This document shows, in pieces, positions 6,918 through 15,838 of a stretch of 41,575 bases of DNA. The translations under genes and the position numbers were made by a program. The DNA is from an uncultured Bacteroidales bacterium (GTDB lineage: Bacteria; Bacteroidota; Bacteroidia; Bacteroidales; JAIOZK01): assembly GCA_964611705.1 (NCBI GenBank), contig CAZTAW010000001.1:1-41575 (forward strand). The letters run 5' to 3'. The stretch's first letter is position 1. Every line of letters begins with the position of its first letter. The notes under the pieces were generated by a model. The model worked only from the letters and a program-made list of their open reading frames with translations, searched no databases and was not told the origin of the DNA.

Positions 6918-7922
6918 TTACTTTTTTTTGGGCTTGTACTTAGATCGTTTTAAAATATCCTGTGAATCTGTGTTTTGGAGTAATGAGGTTAAAGTTTCAT
7001 CAGGATTATTAATCATAAACTTCCTAACGATTTTCCATCCCAGCCATGCACCCAGTCTTCCCGGAGAATCGTTGCCAAATCCTTTTGTAAACGGGCCATC
7101 CTGGGTAAACTCCCGTACAACCTGAAAATCCGGGGAATACAGCAGATCATTCTCTATCAGAAAAGCCCAGAGGTTGTTTTCGTTCTCATTACACCATTGC
7201 ATTTCTTCAGCCGTATAACCGATCTTAAAAGAATCAGGGGTTTCGGGCAGCATAACATCAACAAAATACAGTAATTTTCCGTGGAGGATCATTTCATCAA
7301 GCAAAGTACGGGAACTTTGATCAGCCGGTAGCTTTGTAATTCCGATGGCTTTCATACAATCAGTCGGGATAAAATCTTTCTGCATACGCTGCGTGATATA
7401 CCGGGGCAAACCGAATTTTTTATAAGGTACAAAATCTTCGCCCAGGTATAGATCAAGACCGATGATCAGCACCGAGTCGCGATAAATAAAAGGTTGCTCA
7501 ATATCAATACCCGATATATAGGTGTATACACGTGGAATAACCATTTCAGGATAATAGTATTTCAAATGCCTGAAGGCATTGGTGAGCTCTTTTTCTAACT
7601 TTTCAACATTCTTGAATTTTTCTGATACAGCCTCATACAGTTCAATGATCTTCGGATCATTCAGATAATCACTGATCTGAATAAGCTTAAGCGTATCGTC
7701 AAGGTTGGTGTTCAGGAAAAATCCGAATTCACTGCTGAGCGCTTTCAGCTCCTTTTTAAGATTTTTTTTATCAATATTGAAAAGGGCATCTCCGTACCTG
7801 TGAATCTCAAGAGGTTGAATTTCAATCTCAGAAACATCTTTATGCCAGGGCTTTTTATTCTGACCACATGATGTTAAAAGAATTACTATAAATGCTATCA
7901 ACCAAAAATCAGATTTCTTCAT
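6918..7922 (-). CDS. gldB: gliding-motility lipoprotein GldB
   Basis: It has a lipobox LLTSC. The internal EIHRYGDALF and the C-terminal DSPGRLGAWLGWKIVRKFM...KRSKYKPKKK agree with my recollection of Flavobacterium GldB (...ESPGRVGQWIGWQIV...KSKYKPKK). Confidence 0.8.
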   Translation of the reverse strand: MKKSDFWLIAFIVILLTSCGQNKKPWHKDVSEIEIQPLEIHRYGDALFNIDKKNLKKELKALSSEFGFFLNTNLDDTLKLIQISDYLNDPKIIELYEAVSEKFKNVEKLEKELTNAFRHLKYYYPEMVIPRVYTYISGIDIEQPFIYRDSVLIIGLDLYLGEDFVPYKKFGLPRYITQRMQKDFIPTDCMKAIGITKLPADQSSRTLLDEMILHGKLLYFVDVMLPETPDSFKIGYTAEEMQWCNENENNLWAFLIENDLLYSPDFQVVREFTQDGPFTKGFGNDSPGRLGAWLGWKIVRKFMINNPDETLTSLLQNTDSQDILKRSKYKPKKK

Positions 7923-7969
7923 GCTTAAATCCTGTTAATTAAAAAATGCCAATCGTTGTAGATTGACAT

Positions 7970-8077
7970 TTATACCGATTCGGAACAGGTTTGCAATGAT
8001 TGAGCTTATGTTCCTATCGGTATAACTGCATCTAACAAAAAGATGCATTGCATTTCTTGTAAGATTCAGTATAAAAT
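7970..8077 (+). repeat. 108-bp structured dispersed repeat, copy B
   Basis: It matches 383-490 at 100 of 108 positions. It lies between the stop of the OM barrel gene (8108) and the start of gldB (7922). Confidence 0.85.
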
Positions 8078-8107
8078 ACGTAAACAACTTATATTTAGTA
8101 TTTAAGA

Positions 8108-8737
8108 TCAGAAAATTTTCCAACCGAGACTCACGTTGAATCCGGATGCTTTGGAATCAAAATTGATCCTGCCGCCATCATCCATTTCAATATCATTGAT
8201 CACCTTATTGAAACCAATGTTATATCTTATATCAAGTGTAAACATCATGACATCAACGCCAAGGCCAATTTGAGCACTCCAGATTATATCTTTCAGGTCT
8301 GCTTCCTTGATCGGTTCGAAATAATCATTTAATTTTTTCGAATCAATTTCTTTGTTTGTTACAAAAGAGGCCACCGGGCCTGCATGTGCACGGAGGTTCA
8401 TGATCTTTAAGTTGACCAGTTTAACACCAACCAAAACCGGTACCTGCACGGTCTTTAGCTTTATTTCCTGATCGAATTTTTTAAGATCCTCCTGTTCTTC
8501 ATTGTTTTCAAAAACACCACCTTGTGTAAGCCAGTTTAATTCCGGCTGCAAATAATATTTTGTTCCCATCCGGGCAAACAATCCAAACTGGAAACTGTTT
8601 TTCAGGTTTGTTTCAATGTCACTGCGGTCAACAGAGAGCCTGGATGTGTTATAACCGATTTTGGGGCCAAAAGTAAATTGCGAAAATGCTGTATTGGCTG
8701 CCAGAAAAACAACCAGGATCAAAAGAATTCTTTTCAT
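8108..8737 (-). CDS. outer-membrane beta-barrel protein (PorT-related / OMP_b-brl_2-like)
   Basis: It has the signal peptide MKRILLILVVFLAANTAFSQ, alternating beta-strand pattern and a C-terminal ...FNVSLGWKIF aromatic end. The start is moved to ATG 8737, which has a -7 box 28 nt upstream. Confidence 0.75.
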   Translation of the reverse strand: MKRILLILVVFLAANTAFSQFTFGPKIGYNTSRLSVDRSDIETNLKNSFQFGLFARMGTKYYLQPELNWLTQGGVFENNEEQEDLKKFDQEIKLKTVQVPVLVGVKLVNLKIMNLRAHAGPVASFVTNKEIDSKKLNDYFEPIKEADLKDIIWSAQIGLGVDVMMFTLDIRYNIGFNKVINDIEMDDGGRINFDSKASGFNVSLGWKIF

Positions 8738-8765
8738 AACTTTAGGTTTTTGTGTTAAGTTTGAA

Positions 8766-8773
8766 CAAATATA
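8766..8773 (-). promoter_or_regulatory. Bacteroidota -7 promoter box (TATATTTG)
   Basis: Matches TAnnTTTG and lies 28 nt upstream of ATG 8737. Confidence 0.4.
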
Positions 8774-8905
8774 TAAAACTTTGTTTATACGCATCACCAT
8801 TATTTTTGTTAACAACAGGAATTTAGTATCTTTCAAAAAAAATCCCATGTTGATAACTGCATAGCATGTAATTTTATTTTTTGATCTTTGTAAAAATATC
8901 AAGTT

Positions 8906-9583
8906 ATGAAAAGGTTCATTTTCGTTTCAACTTTTATCCTTATACTGAGTATTTCAGGATATGCCCAGCATAAACCATTTTTATTCGGATTCAGGGCAGC
9001 GCCCAACATTGGCTGGATGAATCCTGATCCTCTCGGATATGTGAATGAAGGCTCTGAAGTTGGCTTTACCTGGGGTTTTAATGCTGAGTTTTTTCTGATG
9101 GAGAACTATGCAATCACCACGGGATTCAATGTGATTTATCTCAACAGCAAACTCAGTTATCCGCATGTGGTTGATTCAGTTACAGGTATATTGAACAGGA
9201 ATTACCGTACAAAATACATTGAAATTCCGCTGATCCTTAAAATGAAAACCCGTGAATTTGGAAAGGCACGTTTTTACGGCGAGATCGGCCTGGGTACCTC
9301 ATTTTTGTTAAGTGCCAAAAGCAAGGACAAGTTCGAAGTAAAGGGCGCCCAGCCTCAGAATGATGAAAAGGATATCAAGGATGAAATGAAAATTGGAAGA
9401 GAGTCGCTCATACTGGGCGTTGGTGTTGAGCTGGCTCTTGGTGGCAGCACTACCCTAAACCTTGGCATACGTTTCGATAATGGATTCACTGATGTTTTGA
9501 AAGATCAGAATACGGCTGATCAGGACATTGATCATCAAGCCATCAATAATTTTATTGAATTTAATATAGGGGTACTTTTTTAA
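8906..9583 (+). CDS. outer-membrane beta-barrel protein (PorT-related / OMP_b-brl_2-like)
   Basis: It has the signal peptide MKRFIFVSTFILILSISGYAQ, the same beta-barrel pattern and a terminal ...EFNIGVLF. It is divergent from its paralogue at 8108-8737. Confidence 0.75.
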   Translation: MKRFIFVSTFILILSISGYAQHKPFLFGFRAAPNIGWMNPDPLGYVNEGSEVGFTWGFNAEFFLMENYAITTGFNVIYLNSKLSYPHVVDSVTGILNRNYRTKYIEIPLILKMKTREFGKARFYGEIGLGTSFLLSAKSKDKFEVKGAQPQNDEKDIKDEMKIGRESLILGVGVELALGGSTTLNLGIRFDNGFTDVLKDQNTADQDIDHQAINNFIEFNIGVLF

Positions 9584-9596
9584 AAAAGGAATTGTT

Positions 9597-11237
9597 TTGA
9601 AGGTAGCACTGGCACAACTGAATTATCACATTGGAAATTTTCAAGATAATATATCCAAAATTAAAAACTACATCAGAAAAGCAAAAGTCAGTGGAACAGA
9701 TCTCATTGTTTTTGCTGAACTGGCAGTTTCGGGTTATCCGCCACGCGATTTTCTGGAGTTCGATGATTTTATCAGAAAATGCCAGGATGCTGTAGCTGAT
9801 ATTGCAAATGAATGTGATGATATTGCTGCCATTATTGGTTCGCCTTCCTTCAACCCGAATTATATGGGCAAAAATCTCTACAATTCGGCATTCTTTATTT
9901 CCGATAGAAAGATACAATCGTTGCATCACAAATCTTTGCTTCCCAATTATGATATTTTCGATGAATACCGCTATTTTGAGCCAGGCAGATCTTTTAAGGT
10001 CATTGAATATAAAGGCAAAAAAATAGCACTTACGGTATGCGAAGACCTTTGGAACATTGGCAATGACCCGATGTATACAGGCAACCCGATGGATGACCTG
10101 ATGAAACAATATCCTGATATCATGATCAACATTGCTGCTTCCCCGTTTCATTATGATCATGCCGAAGAACGAAAAGCAATACTGATAGAAAATATAAAGA
10201 AATATCAGATTCCGCTTTTTTATGTAAATCATGTTGGTGCCCAAACAGAATTACTTTTTGATGGGGGTTCCCTCGTGTTAAATGACAAAGCCGAAATATT
10301 TGATGAGTTGCATTATTTCAGAGAAGATTTCAGAATTTATGATTTGAATAAAGTTTTTGAAAAGCAAATAAAAAAGCATGAACAGGAGTCATCAGCAAGA
10401 ATCGGGCAAATTCATGATGCCCTTATTATGGGGGTCAGGAATTATTTTAAAAAGCTGGGTTTTACCAAGGCTATTATAGGTTTATCCGGTGGGATTGACT
10501 CGGCGGTAACCATGGTTTTGGCTGCAAGGGCGCTGGGCAATCAAAATGTTTATGCAGTTCTGCTGCCATCTGAATTTTCTTCAGGACATTCGGTTACCGA
10601 TGCAAAACAACTGTCAGAAAATTTGGGGAGCCCGTACGATGTATTTGAAATTAAAAAAGCTTACCAAAGCTTTATGGATACGCTTAACCCCAAATTCAAT
10701 AATCTTCCGTTTGATATAGCGGAAGAAAATATACAGGCCCGTGCACGTGGAGTGATCTTGATGGCGCTATCTAATAAGTTTGGCTACATTCTCTTAAATA
10801 CATCCAACAAAAGCGAGGCAGCAGTTGGATACGGAACCCTTTATGGTGATATGAATGGTGGATTATCTGTTTTGGGTGATGTATATAAAACACAGGTATA
10901 CGAGCTTGCAAGATTCATTAACAGGGAAAAAGAGATCATCCCGGTAAATACCATTATCAAACCGCCCTCAGCCGAGTTGCGTCCCGGCCAGAAAGATTCG
11001 GATTCCCTGCCCGATTATGATATGCTGGATAAGATACTGTATGCGTATATTGAACAGCGAAAAGGTCCTAATGAGATCATAAAAATGGGATTTGATGAAG
11101 CCATTGTCAGGAAAACGCTCAGGTTGGTAAATACCAGTGAATACAAACGCCATCAAACGCCACCAATTTTACGTGTTTCTTCAAAAGCATTCGGTATGGG
11201 CAGAAGGATGCCTATTGTAGGGAAATATCTGTCGTGA
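9597..11237 (+). CDS. nadE: glutamine-dependent NAD+ synthetase
   Basis: It has an N-terminal CN-hydrolase domain (MKVALAQLN..., ...FAELAVSGY, TVCEDLW) and a C-terminal NAD synthetase domain with PP-loop SGGIDS. The start is TTG. Confidence 0.92.
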   Translation: MKVALAQLNYHIGNFQDNISKIKNYIRKAKVSGTDLIVFAELAVSGYPPRDFLEFDDFIRKCQDAVADIANECDDIAAIIGSPSFNPNYMGKNLYNSAFFISDRKIQSLHHKSLLPNYDIFDEYRYFEPGRSFKVIEYKGKKIALTVCEDLWNIGNDPMYTGNPMDDLMKQYPDIMINIAASPFHYDHAEERKAILIENIKKYQIPLFYVNHVGAQTELLFDGGSLVLNDKAEIFDELHYFREDFRIYDLNKVFEKQIKKHEQESSARIGQIHDALIMGVRNYFKKLGFTKAIIGLSGGIDSAVTMVLAARALGNQNVYAVLLPSEFSSGHSVTDAKQLSENLGSPYDVFEIKKAYQSFMDTLNPKFNNLPFDIAEENIQARARGVILMALSNKFGYILLNTSNKSEAAVGYGTLYGDMNGGLSVLGDVYKTQVYELARFINREKEIIPVNTIIKPPSAELRPGQKDSDSLPDYDMLDKILYAYIEQRKGPNEIIKMGFDEAIVRKTLRLVNTSEYKRHQTPPILRVSSKAFGMGRRMPIVGKYLS

Positions 11238-11259
11238 TATCAGATAATTACTTTATATT

Positions 11260-11805
11260 TTACTTCTTTAGATATTCTTCATCCATATACAGCCAAAACA
11301 AGGGCTGGTTGGCAAGAAAATTTCCATCTTGATCAAATATTTCGATAACAGGAGCAATGGCAACAACCTTCTTTTCAAATGTATTCCGCTCCTCATCAAG
11401 ATACCATTCTTCTAAAAATCTAACTTTTGTTACATCCTCTCTTTCAAGCTGGTTAACTACCATCGTATCATATTTTTCAAATGGAGGTTCTGCTCTCATC
11501 AGGGTTTTGTAAATGGTATCCCTGCCAATGTTTTTGATATCTTCAACGGTCATGGGTTGGTTGAAATAATCGTAGGCATTGATTTCTCCACTGTAAGCGA
11601 CATCAAATATCCAGTTAACCAGATTTTCGCGTTTGGGACCCGGCAGGTTATTGATCCACCAGTCGTAATCAGGATTTGGACTTTTTACATAAACGTCATA
11701 TTGAATTTTGTTTGTGAGCGGTTCCGCTTTTTCTGTGGTTTTTTCCGTACAGGAAACCAAAATGACTACAAGAATAAGGTGCAGGAAAATTAACTTTGTT
11801 TTCAT
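11260..11805 (-). CDS. lipoprotein with GldN-like motifs
   Basis: It has a lipobox LVSC. YSGEINAYDYFNQPMTVEDI and VRFLEEWYLDEERNTFEKKVVAIAPV resemble the two conserved GldN blocks (...aGkitaY...pmt.eev; ikEDWfFDkersv..riiGiaP). At 181 aa it is much shorter than GldN. Confidence 0.5.
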   Translation of the reverse strand: MKTKLIFLHLILVVILVSCTEKTTEKAEPLTNKIQYDVYVKSPNPDYDWWINNLPGPKRENLVNWIFDVAYSGEINAYDYFNQPMTVEDIKNIGRDTIYKTLMRAEPPFEKYDTMVVNQLEREDVTKVRFLEEWYLDEERNTFEKKVVAIAPVIEIFDQDGNFLANQPLFWLYMDEEYLKK

Positions 11806-11857
11806 GGTGTTTGGTTTAAATCTTTGTAATTTTAAAGTATCAAAAAAATAACTGAAA

Positions 11858-13639
11858 ATGAAAATATTTATTTTGCTTTTTGTACTCTTTTTAATGAAAA
11901 TATCTTTTGCACAGGTGATACCGGAAAACAGAAGAGTTGACTGGTCGGTTGCCGGCTATCATGGGGAGATTCCTGAACCCGAATTGCAGGTTAATGTTCT
12001 TGATCATGGTGCTGTTGGCGATACTGTAACAGATAATTATAATGCCGTGATCTCTGCTATTAATGCCTTGAATGGAAAAATGGGCATTGTTTATTTTCCA
12101 CCGGGCGGATATTTGATCAATTCTACGATCAATCTTCCGGACAGTGTTATTATTAAAGGAGCAACTGCTGATTCAACCCTTATCGTTTTCGACCTCGGAA
12201 ATCAAGCTGCAAATTGCTTTTCCATAACAAAAGGACAATCAAATAATTTTGTTTCAGTGAACTCAGGATACGAAAAAGGATCCTATGAGATTACGCTTTC
12301 AAATGCAGGTGATTTTAATGCAGGTGATTATGCTGAGCTCAGGGAGGAAAACGGAAGCTGGGATACCGAACCCATTTCCTGGGCTGATTATTCGGTTGGA
12401 CAAATCGTGAAAATAATTCAGAAACAAGGCAATATGCTTACTTTGAGAAATCCACTCCGAATTGATTATGAAGAATCATTAAATCCTGAGATACAGAAAA
12501 TCGAACCCAGACATCATGTTGGTATTGAATGCCTAAAGATGAAAAGACTGGATGAACCGCAGGATGGAGTTGGATATAATATTTATTTCAACTATGCTGC
12601 GCAATGCTGGGTAATTGGTGTGGAAAGTGCCTACAGCGTTGGCAGTCATTTTTATATTTCAAAGAGCTCGAATATTGATATTAACGGTTGTTATATTCAT
12701 GATGCTTTTAAGTACGATGGCTCCGGTACAAGAGGATACGGAATCCTGATTCACAATCACAGCGGGGAATGTAGAGTTGAAAACAATATTCTCAGACATT
12801 TGCGTCATGCCATGATTATAAAAACCGGAGCGAATGGCAATGTCTTTGCTTATAACTATTCGCTTGAACCCTATCGTTCCGAGCCAATTCATGATTTTTC
12901 CGGGGATGTTTCCCTGCATGGGCATTATGCTTTTTCTAATCTATTTGAAGGAAATATCATACAGAATATCATTATTGACCACTACTGGGGGCCCTCGGGA
13001 CCTTTCAATACTTTTTTCAGGAACCGGGCCGAATTGTATGGTGTTTTTATGACCACCCCGGATACAACACAAACAAACAGGCAAAATTTTGCAGGTCTTG
13101 AAGTAACAAATACCGAACCCTTTTATGGTTTATATACCTTAACGGGTTCCGATCATTTCCAATACGGAAATAATATCAAGGGCACGATTATTCCTTCCGG
13201 AACAGATGACCTGGATGATGATTCCTATTATCTTGATGGCGAACCCGAATTCTGGAATATCCCGGATCAATGGCCTTCCATTGGAATTCCCAATCAATTG
13301 GGTGATGGCAGCATCCCTGCCTATAATCGTTATCTGATGGGACCTTTAACGGTTTGTCGTGATACGGGAACACATACCCAGGTACCATTTTTCTCATCAA
13401 ATGAAAAAGATTTTAAGATCTGGCCGAATCCTGTTTCTGATGTTATTCATCTTGATACACCCGGTTACGCAAAAAAAGTGCAAATCACTTTATATAACTC
13501 TTTAGGGGAACTTTGCTTTGAGCAACAGGTCGCAATACCGGCAAATATTACACTCCCGGCAGAAACACCCGAAGGCTTGTATTTCCTGAGGATTTTTACT
13601 CAGGACAGTTTAGTCGTGAAAAAGATCATTAAGGAATAA
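11858..13639 (+). CDS. secreted right-handed beta-helix protein (pectate-lyase-3/GH28-related) with T9SS C-terminal sorting domain
   Basis: It has a signal peptide and VLDHGAVGDTVTDNYNAVISAI...VYFPPGGYLINSTINL (Pectate_lyase_3-type N-terminus). The last ~80 aa (KIWPNPVSDVIHLD...LYNSLGE...GLYFLRIF...VKKIIKE) form a Por_Secre_tail-type domain. Confidence 0.8.
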   Translation: MKIFILLFVLFLMKISFAQVIPENRRVDWSVAGYHGEIPEPELQVNVLDHGAVGDTVTDNYNAVISAINALNGKMGIVYFPPGGYLINSTINLPDSVIIKGATADSTLIVFDLGNQAANCFSITKGQSNNFVSVNSGYEKGSYEITLSNAGDFNAGDYAELREENGSWDTEPISWADYSVGQIVKIIQKQGNMLTLRNPLRIDYEESLNPEIQKIEPRHHVGIECLKMKRLDEPQDGVGYNIYFNYAAQCWVIGVESAYSVGSHFYISKSSNIDINGCYIHDAFKYDGSGTRGYGILIHNHSGECRVENNILRHLRHAMIIKTGANGNVFAYNYSLEPYRSEPIHDFSGDVSLHGHYAFSNLFEGNIIQNIIIDHYWGPSGPFNTFFRNRAELYGVFMTTPDTTQTNRQNFAGLEVTNTEPFYGLYTLTGSDHFQYGNNIKGTIIPSGTDDLDDDSYYLDGEPEFWNIPDQWPSIGIPNQLGDGSIPAYNRYLMGPLTVCRDTGTHTQVPFFSSNEKDFKIWPNPVSDVIHLDTPGYAKKVQITLYNSLGELCFEQQVAIPANITLPAETPEGLYFLRIFTQDSLVVKKIIKE

Positions 13640-13657
13640 TACGGGATTGAATTTCGA

Positions 13658-14722
13658 ATGAAAATCGTAAAACCTACATTACTGCTTGACAAGGAAAAAT
13701 GCCTTCGGAACATTAAGCGCATGCATCAAAAGGCTAAGCAGCACAATCTTGTTTTCAGGCCGCATTTTAAAACACATCAGAGCGATGAGGTTGGAAATTG
13801 GTTTAAGGATTATGGGATTGATAAAACTACGGTTTCCTCTGTTGATATGGCCCGGTATTTTGCTAAAAAAGGATTCCGGGATATTACCCTTGCTTTTCCG
13901 GTGAATATGCTGGAGATTGATAAGATCAATTCATTGGCCCCATATATCAATCTCAATTTACTGCTTGAATCTGAAAATGTTGCCGGCTTTCTGGAGAAGA
14001 AGTTAAACTATGAAGCCGGTGTTTTTATTAAAATTGATACGGGATATCATAGAACGGGAATTCCTGCGGAAGACCCTGGGAAAATTACCAGGATAATCAG
14101 TAAAATAACGGAAGCAAAAAAATTATCATTCAAAGGTTTTCTGGTTCATTCTGGAAATACCTATGATGCAAAATCGAAAGAGGAAGTCGCGGAAATTCAT
14201 TTCAACTCCATTGAAAAATTGCAACAGTTAAAAAACAATTTTTTACCTCAATATCCTGATATGATAATAAGCATTGGGGATACGCCTTCATGCAGCATGA
14301 TGGATGATTTTACCGGTGTTGATGAGATCAGGCCGGGGAATTTTGTTTTTTATGACGTGATGCAGGCAGAGATTGGTTCCTGCAGTTATGAGGATGTTGC
14401 TGTTGCATTGGTTTGCCCGGTGGTGGCAAAACATAAAGAAAGGAATGAAATAGTAATATTCGGAGGAGCGGTACATCTTTCAAAAGATTTTATTGAAAAG
14501 GGCGGTGTTAGTATCTACGGATTAATAGCAAATTTTGACGGAAAGCAATGGGGCCAACCTCTTGAAAACACTTATATTAAAAAGCTCTCTCAGGAGCATG
14601 GCATCATAAAAACAACTCCCGGTCAGATAGAAAATATCCGGGAAGGGGATTTGCTGGCTGTTTTACCTGTACATTCCTGTTTAACAGTTGATGCGATACA
14701 AAAAGTTTTTACAATTGTTTGA
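13658..14722 (+). CDS. D-TA family PLP enzyme (alanine-racemase-N fold; D-threonine aldolase / D-serine dehydratase-like)
   Basis: It has the RPHFKTHQS PLP-lysine block and a length and C-terminal domain typical of this family. Confidence 0.75.
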   Translation: MKIVKPTLLLDKEKCLRNIKRMHQKAKQHNLVFRPHFKTHQSDEVGNWFKDYGIDKTTVSSVDMARYFAKKGFRDITLAFPVNMLEIDKINSLAPYINLNLLLESENVAGFLEKKLNYEAGVFIKIDTGYHRTGIPAEDPGKITRIISKITEAKKLSFKGFLVHSGNTYDAKSKEEVAEIHFNSIEKLQQLKNNFLPQYPDMIISIGDTPSCSMMDDFTGVDEIRPGNFVFYDVMQAEIGSCSYEDVAVALVCPVVAKHKERNEIVIFGGAVHLSKDFIEKGGVSIYGLIANFDGKQWGQPLENTYIKKLSQEHGIIKTTPGQIENIREGDLLAVLPVHSCLTVDAIQKVFTIV

Positions 14723-14732
14723 AACACAAAAG

Positions 14733-15211
14733 TCATTCAAACCGGAACCAATCCAATGTGAACAAATTTTCTTTTCCCACAAAATAAGCCAGAGGGCATG
14801 GACACCATTTATATCTTTAACCGGGAATGTATCGGTTATCCAGTCCGGATTTTCATTTCCCGGTATATTCACTACGGCAATTCGCTCATGCCAGGGTTTA
14901 TCAATACAAAAAATGAGCTTGCCTGCTGTTTTTCCCGGTAATAAATGAATAATCAGGCTGTCGGCAGTTTCGTTGAAATCAATATATTTATAAGCTGCCA
15001 GGTTACCATGTGCGAACTTCGGTATTATTTTCAAATTCTTCTATCCTCAAATCGCCATGTAAAACACATGCCCATTCGGCCTGGATTGTATCTTTTGCAT
15101 ATCTTCCGTGAAGAGCACGTGATATTTCTCCGAACAATAATAATTACAGTTTTCATCATTGGAACCATAAATATAAAGTTTACCGTTTTTTATTAATATT
15201 AGATGAAGTGA
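14733..15211 (-). pseudogene. decayed GH43-like glycoside hydrolase with CBM6-like C-terminus
   Basis: There is no start codon. 15211-15050 reads ...IKNGKLYIYGSNDENCNYYCSEKYHVLFTED... (GH43 first-blade pattern GKxYIYxSHD...DYHVxS), then in-frame TGA (15047) and TAG (15041). The track ORF 14681-15034 reads as a CBM6-like module. One extra base disrupts the ancestral end ...KFVHI(G)DWFRFE-TGA at 14733. About 250 aa of catalytic domain are missing. Confidence 0.7.
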
Positions 15212-15502
15212 TTATTCAACCAGAATTTTTCCTGTGGCAGTTCTGTTTCCGGATTTAAAAACATAAAAGTACAAACCCGGAGAAACCTTGTCTCCTTTTG
15301 AATCATTCAGGTTCCATTGCACTTTTTTTGATTTCTGATCAATATCAGAAAACAATTTTACTTGCTGCCCGAGCAAGTCCATAATGCACAGTTCTGCGGA
15401 TTCGTTAGCATTAAAGACAATCTCGATTGTTGACCTGGCAGGATTTGGGTAGCAATTAACAACAAGTTCCTGTAATGGATATTCTTCTAAATGAACGGTG
15501 TT
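15212..15502 (-). pseudogene. orphan T9SS C-terminal sorting-domain fragment (protein body deleted)
   Basis: Minus-strand translation reads ...LEEYPLQELVVNCYPNPARSTIEIVFNANESAELCIMDLLGQQVKLFSDIDQKSKKVQWNLNDSKGDKVSPGLYFYVFKSGNRTATGKILVE-stop (TAA 15212-15214). The frame opens right after the nifU-like stop and has no plausible start. Confidence 0.7.
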
Positions 15503-15557
15503 GTAACAATCACTTTGCGAAAAGCTACTGTTTTGATTCCTGTTTCTTTGTAAAAAT

Positions 15558-15806
15558 TTATCCTAAGTTAACTGCTTCAACTGATTTTATTTCCGGTACA
15601 GCTTTTTTCACGGCAGTTTCAACTCCGTTTTTTAATGTCATGGTACTGTATGGACATGAACCGCATGCGCCTCTCAGTTCTACGTTAACGGTATTGTCAT
15701 CTGTAAGTTCAACAAAGGCAATATCACCACCATCCTGTTGAAGATAGGGCCTGATCTGTTCGATCACATTTTTAACTTTTTCAGTCAGTTGATTTTTATC
15801 TGTCAT
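15558..15806 (-). CDS. NifU/Nfu-type Fe-S cluster scaffold domain protein
   Basis: IRPYLQQDGGDIAFVEL...LRGACGSCP matches the NifU C-terminal domain with its CxxC. The start is taken at MTDKNQ. Confidence 0.85.
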   Translation of the reverse strand: MTDKNQLTEKVKNVIEQIRPYLQQDGGDIAFVELTDDNTVNVELRGACGSCPYSTMTLKNGVETAVKKAVPEIKSVEAVNLG

Positions 15807-15838
15807 AAATATGGATTTTCTTGTTAAAGTCTGCAAAG

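Noticed and set aside
7935-8123. 62-aa ORF (-) from the track
   Set aside because: It spans repeat copy B and intergenic DNA, and no domain or start context supports it.
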